64,000 nucleotides of DNA. Source: Chrysomallon squamiferum (Eukaryota > Animalia > Mollusca). The stretch is from NCBI GenBank assembly GCA_012295275.1, contig CM022670.1:27652001-27716000 (forward strand), given 5' to 3'. Of this stretch, positions 1-11,979 are shown one piece after another. The notes beneath the pieces are model-generated. The model worked only from the letters and a program-made list of their open reading frames with translations. It had not been told where the DNA came from and did no database searches. The position numbers and the translations under genes were made by a program. The stretch's first letter is position 1, and every line of letters starts with the position of its first letter.

Positions 1-242
1 TGTTTAATTAAAGTCAGTTATATAATTTAAGATATATATAATTGTGTATTTATCCTTTCATTGTTGCATTTAAATTAAGAAGCATGTTAAATTAAAAAAT
101 ATGTTAACAGTGTGTTTTTATTGAAAATCTGTTTTAATAGATACCATTTTAAATACATGTACTAAATTTTGGGTGGATGGGTGAGTGTGTAAGTGTAAAA
201 ATTATCATAATTCAGGGTTTGGTTTCTTCATATATTTTTATT

Positions 243-274
<32 letters not shown>

Positions 275-317
275 TTATGTTGTTTTATTTGATGTTGGAT
301 CACTTTGTCGTTTATAG

Positions 318-1344
318 GATTTGAATTCCTGTGAAAGCTCAGATGACACTGACATAATGAAGATGATACAAGATCAGCAGGAAAAGGTCAAAGGTCAGAA
401 TTTGGATGAGCTGGTCGTGACCTCAGCAAAACAGATGGGTCGTGAGCTTTTTGCTCATTTGGATGTAGAAGACAGAAAACAAAAACTGGATTCTCTGGTA
501 TTAATTCTCTTAAAAATATTTTAAAAACAATTGGTGTCTGTTGTTTATGAACAAGTTTATGGAAATAGTTTCACTGTTACTCAAACAAATTTATGATTAA
601 CTTCTAATAATTGTAATCAGTAACATTAAAATGTTAATAGACATTCACTCATATATTATGTGGAAATATTCATTAATACTGATTCCTTATTTCACTGAGT
701 CATGGAAAGATTATAACAATACATATAAAACATTGTAAAAATCACTGCATTTTCTACACTTTCAAATGACCACAATTTCATAAAGACTAAATTGTCACAC
801 ACACATATGTAAAGCAAAATCAATAAAATTATATATCATGAAATTAATTTATATAATTTGTTAAAATATTTTTTTTTTGCAAAGAGATTGTAAAAAGAAT
901 GTTTTATAGTACTATTTATCTCTGTGATTGTATGTCTGTTTGTCTGTTTGTGTATTAATTAAGGTATTGCGACTGCAGCAAGAGATTGACCAAGAAACAG
1001 AAAACAAAAATTATCTCTGTCTTGCACTTGACACGGAGACTGATTCTGAAAAGAGGCAGATTCTTGAAAACAAACTTAACAAATCAGACGAGAAATCAGA
1101 AGCACTGATGATGTTGCTACTTCATTACTGTGCAGGACTGCAACACTGCTTGGATTTGGAGGAGGAATTGCGACAGAAGAGTGACATGCCAGGGGAGACA
1201 ACTGGATGTGAAGAAGCAGCAGCTGGAACTGATGATGCAATAAGTGAAGAAACTGCAGCAAATGAGAATGAATTATCCAGCAAAGATGATGAATTATACA
1301 GCAAAGATGATGATGTTGGCGATGCTGAATCTTCAGAAATATGA
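318..1344 (+). CDS. PDZD8: PDZ domain-containing protein 8, last two coding exons (318-497, 964-1344); 5' part lies outside the window
   Basis: AG/GT-bounded exons join in phase 0 to give AKQMGRELFAHLDVEDRKQKLDSL|VLRLQQEIDQETENKNYL...SEALMMLLLHYCAGL. This matches the C-terminal coiled coil of PDZD8 as I recall it (KEIGRDLYRGLPTEERIQKLEFMLDKLQNEIDQELEHNN...LQALTLLMIHYRAGI). Stop TGA at 1342-1344. Confidence 0.85.
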
Positions 1345-4300
1345 ATGGGTTTTTTGAGAAATAATGTGAGAATATGATGTTTATTTCCAGGAATAATTTA
1401 TTTATTATTTACTGTGTCTGTGGTTGTGTTTAAAAGTGATGTATGCTAAGTGTTTCGATATCTGCACCAAATATGTGTTGTTTTTAATTATGTGATTATA
1501 TCGATCTCTTTGTTTTATCTTTTTATTTGTCCAGTGGTGATAATTATATTTCCTAATAAATCTTACATATAATAGACAAATATCCACTTTCATAATTAAA
1601 GATAAGTGGTAAGGAGTTTGTGTTACTCCATAATATCACAAGTCTGGCTATTTTTTGATGATTTATTTTTCTGTTGCTTTTTTTTAGCTTTTGATAGGGT
1701 GAAAATATGTTAGTCTGATAGAAAGATAAAACACAAATAAATATATTTCTTCAACATTTTGGAAATTATTGTTTTTCTTTTACATTCCAAATTATTTAAT
1801 TCCTTTTCCTATTATCATGTTATTAATCAAGATTTGTTAAGATCTGAAAAATATATATTAGAGAAATACACTCTACATATAATAATAACAAAGAAAAATA
1901 TTTTAAAACCTCCTTGTATTAGTCTCCTAAATTTCTATATGAAATGTATCAATAATATCACATGCAGTCATTTATAATAAATATACAGTCATGTTCACAA
2001 AAAGGAGTAAGTGAATGTACACCTGTGATTGGAGAGTTGTTTACTAAGCATGTAAAATATATGTAGAATCAGATTTAAATGCAAAATTAGCTCCTACAGC
2101 TGATACTTTTTTTAATTTTACATTTAATAAATCAAACATAGTCCGTTAATAATTTATGCAAAATGGTGGAATTAAACATTTATGAAGCTGGTGTGATTAT
2201 CCGAAAGTTGTGATTTCTATTACTTTTTATTAATTTCTTCAATGAAATAGTTACCCACAAAACAAATTATAGATTTCTGCCCATCTAAGACGAGTTAAAT
2301 TGACGGATGTTTTACAATAAGGGACATCTGTCATAAAAAGCGAAATCTGAGACAGACATATTGCTAGTCTGTTATGAATATGGATTTTCTTTTCTCATAT
2401 ATTTGAAATGTATTTTGTAATATTTCAGCATGATTGCACAATGGTAGCATTAAACCATGAAAACCATCCTGTGTCAAAAAAAAACCTTGCCGATAGCTTT
2501 TATACATAATTCTTTTTTCTGTTCAAATATTTTTATTTTGTTTTTATCATGCAATACTCATTTAACAATTTATTGATTGAAATTATGAAAAAGCAGAATT
2601 ACACAAAGCTTTTTTCTCTCATAAATGTTAAGCATAGTAATTCATTTTTTTTTTTTTTTTAAGTCAATGAGAACTATTTATAAACAGCTGTCTTTTGCTC
2701 TAAAATGTCTTATGCAACAAACAGCCTTTTATATCAGTCCTATTTATGTCTGTATTTTAAATGTTAATGTTTTAAATTCTTTACATTTAAAAGAATATGT
2801 TGCTTGCATGCATTTTTGGAATTTCTTATATGTTTTTGAAATCAATATACAAATAGATTTTTCTATTTCACAGATATACTGTATTGTCATTTTTCTTATT
2901 GTGTTTCATTTTATTTCAGGATATCTCATTTTTACATACGGCTATACACTTTTATGTTGAAATTAATTAAGAAAATTATTATAAATAGAGTATATTTACT
3001 AAATAAAAGTATTTTAAAGATAAAAAATGTATTTGTGAGAGGACTTGATAAATTTCTCGGTTAGAATATTTTATACTGGTTAATTAAAAAGTAGTTTGTA
3101 AAGACTGATATTATTTGTTATTATTTTAAAAATTAATTTTTAATTTGTTTTATTTTTAATATTAAGATAAAACATATCAGTCATTAAAAACTTCATCATG
3201 TAATCATACAACATTCCCTTATTTTTTTTAAAGCTGATTTTATTAATACTAAATAACAGCTAGATAATAATGATTCAGTTGTTTTGTTCTTTTAATTTAT
3301 TTATTTATTATTACAGCAAAATACTGTCATTATCATTATCATCATTGCCACCATTAAAGACACTCACATTGTTACATACTGATCAAATTTATCAACCAGT
3401 GTAAATTTTAATAATTATGTATGTATATTTATATTACTGTAAATGTGTTCTGAAACTTGATATCATTTTAAAAGTTACTACACACATTTAGTCTAGTAAT
3501 AGTAGCATTGTTTTTTGAGGTTGTTTTTAAAAAAAATTAAAAAATTCTGTGGGAAGAGGGCAGGTTTTTTTGTTTTTGTTTTTGTTATGGACAGTTGTCA
3601 GAAAAGGGAACTGATATTTAAAATCTTTCAGAATATGTGCAATGTCTCATTTATGTGAATTATTTGGCTTAATACTCTGCAGTTATCCCCCTTGCAATAC
3701 TGTAACATAGGGCAATGTTGAAAGCTATACATTTAAAATATTATTATAAATGTTTATAACTACACAACATAATTCACTATATTTCTAATAATGGTACACA
3801 AATTGCCCTGTTAATATATGTTTGAAATAGAAGACTAAAAAAATGAAAAGGTCTTGAATCACTTTTTTAGCTCATTATAATTCTGCTTGCTTTAAGTCAT
3901 TATATAATAAATAATTAAATGTGTGTATGTGTGTGTGGCTCAATATTTTTCTCATTTTGTTACCTAATTTATAATTTTTTATAAAGAATGTTTTGGGTTG
4001 GGTTTTTTTTTAAGGGGGGTTGGAGCATTCTATCACATATCAAACATTTAAAACAATGTTGGACTATTGTTTAGAAAGCTTGTTTGTTAATTACTATGAA
4101 TAGAGATGACAAAACTGATGTAATGAAATATGATGCATTTCTGTAAAGTTAAAACAGAAGATTAACATAGTTTTATTTGAAGATGATAAAGAAATGGTGA
4201 AACAAATTGAGAAAAAAGTGTTAGGAAAATGTTTTACACATGCTGAATACCAAATATTGTGGACAGCCAAATTATAATCACATTGTAATGTGTTTAGATT

Positions 4301-7300
4301 ATACCTCTTTTAAATCTCAGAATTATTCCACAGCAAAAAATACAAAATGGATTTATTTTTTAATTTTATCTTTATTTATTTGTTTGTTTTAATGGTTATT
4401 AATTCAGTCTAGTCATTGTTGCTGTTAATAGCAGAATGAGTGAATTTGAATATAAGAACATGTATTGTTCATTCACAAAGCACTGTGAAACATTCCATCA
4501 TGAATTTTTACAGAATTATATAAAATACATCATGTGCCAAAATGATTATTAATAAACTCTACATGAAAAGAACTGGGAAGACATTTTAAATGTCTGTTAA
4601 ATAAATTTTATGATTTTTGTCTTTTTTTGGAAAGACCAAGATCTCAATATTTTATATAAGTTTTCATTTTAGTTTTGTAACACATGGCATAATAATCAGT
4701 GTCAGAACTGAAAGATTTTCCATATATTTTTAGGAACACTTATTTTTGAGTATTTATAATATAATGGGCTTAAAAATTACATATAAAACTGAACAGGAAA
4801 TTTTTAGGAATCCTTGGTTTTAGTGCCAAAAGACATTGATTACTGTGAGAAATTATTGTGATCATCATTCTACTTACAGGAATATTAAAATTATTTGTCC
4901 TTTAGTCATGCACATTGCACTGCATATTAATGAGTTATCTTTCATCATTTTTGTTCATATTATATTTGTATTGTGTATGTTAGATAAAGAATGTGGTTAT
5001 TGTATTGTTTTGATGGATTTTTTTTGTTTTTTATTTTTTTTTGGTGGTTTTTTAATTTTATTTTTTATTAAGCAGTTTAATAAATAATATGTAATGTACT
5101 CCGATTTCTAAGGACTGCTGTTAAAAAGTATATTGGTCAGTGATATAAAAGAACTGGAATATATTGATCATTACTATATCTTTGTACAAAATGTAGTGGT
5201 CATAGCTTTTTACAGGTTTTCTATTAGTTAATATGTGAGGGTTGTATGTTAAAGGATTGTCTTGTATTGGTAAATATTATAGCATTTATTATTTTTATTT
5301 TGCTTTTAATTTTATTTTTTTAATAAAAAAAACAAAAACCAATGAAAATACAGATTCTTGTTAGTAATAATTTTAATCACTTAACTTTTGTGGTTATCAA
5401 ATAGAAAACTAGATGCATCTATCTGGATAACGTCTCTAATAAAATTATATTAATCACTGAATTTTTCAACCACTTTTAACCACAGTTAACCACTGACATC
5501 CTGATAATCAAGTAATTTTAAAACTCCAGCTATTATTACGAAATTTCAAAAAGACTAATTATAATTATCATTAAATTATTGATTTATACAGATTTGCAGA
5601 TATTATTTTAGTTATTACTATTTTTATTAATTCTTAGCTAATGGACATACAAAGACTGCCAAAAGAAATTTACTGTTTTTTTGCAGTAAAAGGTCACATT
5701 CCTAATTACAATCAGATACATTCCTGAGTAACATTCAGTAAAAGTTTATTATTGTTTTTATTTTATACAGATATATAAAAATTACAGAGTGTGAGAGAAA
5801 AACAAGAGATATGTATGGATACATATATATATATATATAAAAGACATACAAACATTTTATTCTTTAATATTTTTTGCTTGGCTTTAATACTTCAGAAGTC
5901 GTGCTTGCTTGATTTTCTATGTATATGTCTGGACTACAAATGACTGTAGCAGTTGGAAATGCATTACTTTTGAAATCATCTTGACCATTTAACAGTAGGC
6001 TCTAGTTATTTGTTTCTACAGTATTTTGCTTCAGTGGTATTCACAATGTATATAGCTTTATTAAGGATTCTAAGTTAAAGGTCACAGAGAGGTTATTTTC
6101 TTCAGCTTTTTGCAAAGATTTGGTCAAGTTTATATAGTATATTACTGGGTTAGAAAGTGTCTAGAAAAAAAAAAAGTAAAACTTTAGTTCGGGGAAAAAT
6201 GTTAGACTACGTAAGAAAAACAAATATTTGTAATCTGTTTTGACAGATTTATATAGATATTTTGTTACAAAATGTTGATTTTAAAAATTAATACTAAAAG
6301 GAAAGAAATATTAAAATGAAGTTTAATATTGATATTTTAGTACAGAGAATCAGATATTAAAAATTAAATTAATAAGTTCATTTCTTGACTTTTAATTTTT
6401 TTTTTTTTTTTTTTTTTTTTAATTGTTAATGTTTTCTAATTTTCTAATAGATATTAGCAAAAACATTAATTTTAGAATTTTTATTTTGATAACATTTACA
6501 ATTGAATCTTTGCGTCATGGTGAAGTTAATTACTATTTTTTTTAAATAAGCTTCTTTCCTTCTTTTAAAAAAATATGTATTCTCATCTACATGAGCTCTC
6601 TGATGAGTTAGCCAGCAGAATATTTTTAAAATCTTTTTCACCAACAGTGTTTTTTTTATTATTATTGTCAGGTTTCATTTTGTACATTTTAGGAAATAAA
6701 AACATTAATTTGTGGTTTTAGTACATATTTTATTATTATGTGAGTATAAGACTGTGTATAGGTTATAAAGTTGTTTTAAAAGTGAATTATTTTTAAAATG
6801 GGAGAAAATAATTAATATTAGTTTTTATTGGTGATGGAGACTGGAATCAATTTTTTCATTTAAAACCTTGCTTTGACTGAGGGTTAGAATGAGATTTAAG
6901 AAATATAAATTATACTAAAGAGAATGGGGATACTTGAGCATATGTGATGCGGTAAGCAGCACTCAGGCTTATTATAAACTGCATTTATTCTGTGCATTAT
7001 TTATCCAGTGTACTGGTTCATGTTTTGCTTATAAATTTTGTTAAATGGCTTCTGCCAATGCCTTGTTGTTTTATAATCACTGCATATTACATGGAATAAA
7101 TATTAATATATATATATTATGTTCTTTTTCTTAATGAATATTGCAGTTATTCATACTTGGAAAGTAAAGCCAAAATTCAGCATCCATTTATGTTAATTAT
7201 CTGCTGCAATGAACTCACACTGTAATGTTAATGGTAGGTTATTTTTCATGCATCTGAAGTCATTGTGTAGAATATAAATGCCTGTTAGTCTGAACATTCA

Positions 7301-7702
7301 AGAACTCAGTTATGACAATTTATTTTAAGCAAAACAATAGAAAAAATGGATGGATGAAGTAGAAAAATTCATTTCAGGTACATGTTTGTTTTTCAAAAAT
7401 AACTAGTCTGACCTATAGAAAAGTATGAACTAATTTTCTACATTCTTGGGTACATTCTCAGAGTAAAATTTTCCAGCATTCAGTGAAGCCTCCCAAAAAA
7501 TGCTAAGCTGTTATTTCAAGTGTCAGTGTAGCTTATTCTTGGATCTTTTGATCAAAATAGTACTTTCATCTCTGAATGTCAAAATGCACCAAGATTGAAA
7601 TGTCATGTACTACAATTGCTCTGTATTATTCCACTGAAATATGGAAATATTAAACTGATATAACAAAGACAAGTCAGATTTAATAGATAATTTATTGAAC
7701 TA

Positions 7703-7880
7703 ACAGTTTCATAATATATTAAAAATAATAATTTTCATTTCAGTATTAGACGGTTAAAATTAAATGCAGAGTAAATATAAAAGTAACCAGTTTCATAATA
7801 TATTAAAAATACTAAATTATTTTCCATATTAGTCTTAATATTAAATGCAGAGTAAATATAAAAGTAACCAGTTACATAAT
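7703..7880. repeat. Degenerate tandem duplication, about 82-bp period (about 2 copies), in the predicted ATOX1 3' UTR
   Basis: CAGTTTCATAATATATTAAAAATA and TTAAATGCAGAGTAAATATAAAAGTAACCAGTT each occur twice, about 81-84 bp apart. Confidence 0.7.
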
Positions 7881-8607
7881 AATACTGACATTACAAAGTA
7901 ATGGACAATAATTCAAGTGCTGAAATAATTTAAATAATTTAGTTAACATTTGCATTAAAACTTAAAATTTAAATTTTTAACAAATTCAGATATAAATGCA
8001 GATGTGTTTTTAAACATTTCATTATAATTATTGGTTAATACAATGAAAGTTAACCCACTGAAAAATCAGTTTAGTTCCAAATAATTTTACTACATGCAGT
8101 CATTATTAAAACAAAATGCATAAAGCTATTTGTGTCTTAATTTAGCATTTTGAACTCTGACAATAAAATTGAGCAAAATATGAGTATACTTCCTGACCAA
8201 GATAAATACAGTGTTTTTAAATTAAATGTATTAATACCAGTAACTTGGGAACTACAGATTAATGAAATATATGAAAAACATATAAAGTTATTGTTTTTTT
8301 CTCTTCTTATTCTGACATTGACGTGTGGTTTTTGGACTTATTTTCATTACTTTGAGTAAAACAAAATAATATAAATAAAAAAGTAAAAATTACAGTATGA
8401 AATTTTTGATCTAAAAATGTTTTTTTTAACCATGTGTAAAAATTATAATAAAAAATATAATGAATCTTAGTTGCTTCAATTAACCATTAAAAAGACAAAT
8501 CTCTCATTAAGGCAAACAAAATATGACAGTTTCATGTTAAATTTGATTATCTGGATGATATGGAATGAATGAAAAGTCCACACTGAACACTCATTTATCT
8601 CTGATCA

Positions 8608-11023
8608 TCTGAAAAAGAAAAAAGAAAAAATTTACTTTTTCTTCATACTTAATACAACTCTTACAATCTATTAAAAAGCTTAATGACCACAAAATTAAAA
8701 TGTGTTCTGATCATCAAATAATCAATACAAAAATAAAGAATAAAAAATAAAATCTTTTTAGGTCACTAAGGACAAATACATACAGGAAACGTTGGTATTT
8801 AAAAGTGAGATTTTATCTCTACATCTTACATTCAAAGTAATTTACACTGAAAAGCTCAAACTGAAAAAACAAAAAGATGGCATTTCTAATTTCAATGATA
8901 TGGACATCGGTCCAGAGTATTCTCAAATTTATCATAAAGACCGTATGTTACTGATTTGTAAATGATTTAGGATCATGTGATATTAATTTATAAACAATTA
9001 ATATAGTAATAAAAAGTAACCTGTTTATATGATTTAAAAAAATTTAAAGTTAAAAAATAACAATTTTATTAATAAATATTTTAAGCATACTATGAAGTAA
9101 ACTTACCACTGACTTCCAGTATATGCACACTCTTTTCCAGTTTTCTTCAAAGCTTCCAAAACAGTATCTGCAGGCAGCGAGCATGTCACAACGACCTTTT
9201 TAGCCTCTACATCAGTCTCAACTTTACTTACACCATCTGAAAAATTAACATTTGACCAAAAATAATGAAAATAAAAATTCTTACCAATTTTCCATTACTT
9301 AATACTTACTTCAAGAATTAAAAGAAAACAGACAAATATTATTCAGTAACAGAAAGTAATTACAAAAGCAAATGTTGATGTAATCAATATGTATACATGT
9401 GAGTTATTTCCCTTTTCGTAATACATTTATTTATAAACAAAATACTTCATTAGAGGAAAAAATAAACAATACTTTGATGAAATAAATCAATACTCCAATT
9501 TTAACTGCTTATGTATTCACAGAATGAACTAACTTTATATCATTCCAGGAATGACACAAAATTAAAATATTTTTTATCATCAAAAGTATGTAAAGAGTGA
9601 GTTTTGCTGTGTCATTATGACAAATCAAAAATATATCCATATGGGAGGTGCAAAGGTTTCACAATTTGTTAAATTTTATTAACTTCAAAATAACATTCTT
9701 CCATGTATAATATTGGAAAGCCTGCTTCTTTATTTAGGGTGTTGTTGTTTTTTTGTTGTTCTTTATCATTAAAATTAAATAAAACATTTTATTTCATGGA
9801 ATAAAGTAACAAAAAATAAAAATATTAAATAAATAATTTCAAAATATATCCAGATTTAATTAGATTTAAATGAGGTAACCATAGCTACCTAGTTTTCCAA
9901 GAACACGTTTTGCTGCATTAGCACAGCCTTCACATGTCATATCCATACTGAAAACGTGTACCTGTGGAACAAATTATTAAACATCACTGTAAAAGTACAT
10001 AACACCTTTCCAATCCTTCTTACAACAGTCTGACATTTATCATATTCATTCAAATGTAGCTGCAGTTATGATAAACATAATTTTAAAAAAAAAGGGTCAC
10101 ACAGATTCATTTCCTTACAAATTTAGAAAATAAATTTTAAAATTAATGCTCAAAAATTTAATATCTGAAAATTCACAGATTGAGTAGCATTTTATTCAGT
10201 TAATGATAATTATCAAACAAACTGACTCAGCGTTTTCTGAATTAGGCCAACATGTTTTTTTAATCAGCACTATCAAGTATTGTTTTCAGAATTTGTGTTT
10301 GGTTGATGTTATCTGTTACAAAACTTTTATAAATGAAGCCATTGCTTACTAATTAGTAACATATACAAACGTATATTAGAATTATCCATGTTTATCTTTT
10401 TATTAAATAATCTGAAAACTGAAATAAGCTGCCCCACTTAGAATACTATACAACAAATTTTATAGATACGGTAATCTTATCACAGCTGTCTGGGTTAGCC
10501 AACAAATACAACTTAGACTAAATGAGCAAGTCAGATACAAAGTACATCTCAGCAGATAATTTTTATTATGTATTTAAAAAACAGATGTACCAATAATCTA
10601 CTCATACTATATATATACTAATACAGTTCTTCTAGAATTAAATACGTATGCAGCTTTTAAATTTATATACGAATTATATATTTATTTATTTTTTTTAATT
10701 TTATTTACCAAGTATTATTTTTATTATACGTAATGTCATATGCATAACTGCATTCTTTCATGTCTTGTATTGTGTCTAATGTTTATTACTGCTGCGTTCA
10801 CTGTCGTTTCAATAAAAACCTGTAAAACAGGCTGTATAATATGTCACTATGATAATATGTGTATTTGAAGTAATTCAGTAATATCGTATCATCGACGTAT
10901 GTGAACTAAAAATCTAAATCGTGTAAAAGGTATTGTAATTGTCAGCTTACATTTAGAGTGTTACAAATAGTTATGTTACACTTATTAACTGAAACGTGAT
11001 TGAAGGAAACTCACCTTAGACAT
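8608..11023 (-). CDS. ATOX1: Copper chaperone ATOX1, 70 aa. Exons 11023-11015, 9961-9889, 9236-9107, and 8608 (last base of the stop codon)
   Basis: Spliced product MSK|VHVFSMDMTCEGCANAAKRVLGKL|DGVSKVETDVEAKKVVVTCSLPADTVLEALKKTGKECAYTGSQ* has the HMA MxCxxC motif (MTCEGC) and the ATOX1 KKTGK motif. Introns are canonical GT-AG. Minus-strand AATAAA at 7696-7691. Confidence 0.95.
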
Positions 11024-11337
11024 GGCTACGTCGGCTAGAAATGCTGAGCAAATAATTTTCTTCTGCAGTACAGGCAATTCAAAACATACAGGAAACCGCA
11101 CGTGACCAACCCCCTGTCACCTACCATACGACCGTGAAAGTTATTAATAGTCTCAAAAGTAATGATATTTGATTGGTTGGTATCAATGAATTCGACCAAC
11201 GATTTGCTGGGATATAGTTTCACTTTTACCCGGAAATAGCACTCACATGTCATAGTATAGTCATGTGATGCCGTAGATAGGCAAAGTTAATCTTTTTAAT
11301 TTTGGAATTTTCACGTAATTAATTATCTTTCAGGAAA
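11024..11337. promoter_or_regulatory. Compact bidirectional promoter between ATOX1 and ASAH1 with CLEAR/M-box, CCAAT and ETS motifs
   Basis: The two ATGs diverge about 315 bp apart. Motifs: GCACGTGAC (11098-11106), TCACATGT (11243-11250), GTCATGTGAT (11260-11269), ATTGG (11172-11176), CCGGAAAT (11230-11237). Confidence 0.7.
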
Positions 11338-11924
11338 ATGTTGTCAGTTTTTGCTCTCGTCTGCCTGTTAACAGTTGCTTGCGGCCAATTACCACCTGGG
11401 GTAAGTTTCGAAAAGTAGTAAAAAATGTTGAAACTAAAAAGAAAAACGCAATACAGTGATAGTGATAACAGATAAGTAATACTAATAGTGATACATCATT
11501 ATAATGATCGTATTAACAAAAAGTAACATTGAATCAGAATGACAGTTATTAATAGTTTTAATAGTAATAATAATAATAACAACAACAACAAATTTTAAGA
11601 TAGCAATAATGAATAATGAATTAAGAGTATAATTATAAAAATGTTAATTTAAAAAGAACTAAAATATCCAAATGTAAAACTTTTTCTTGTTTCAATGTTG
11701 GTTACGATTTTTTTTTTTTTTTTTGGTTGTTTAAAACATTTAATTTATATCACTTCCTCCTTCCGCCATTTTTACATACTTATTTAGCTTCTCATGACTA
11801 ATTTTCATCAGTGACTAAACATTAACGTGTTCCCACTGTTCGATAATATATATATTTAGTTAGTTAGCTGACATCGATCTGAACTTAATTCTTTCTTTGT
11901 TCCTTCTTTAAATATTTATATATA

Positions 11925-11979
<55 letters not shown>

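Noticed and set aside
8605-9108. ATOX1 terminal TGA as a selenocysteine codon
   Set aside because: The position matches the normal ATOX1 C-terminus, a second TGA follows, and I see no SECIS-like hairpin in the AT-rich UTR.
11035-11253. 72-aa ORF starting MTCEC, resembling the ATOX1 metal motif
   Set aside because: Chance similarity in the promoter. The real MTCEGC motif is in the exon at 9961-9889.
11281-11333. Possible 53-nt GC-AG intron in the ASAH1 5' UTR (TAG|GCAAAG...TTTCAG|GAAAATG)
   Set aside because: Very short with a non-canonical donor; it cannot be supported without transcript data.
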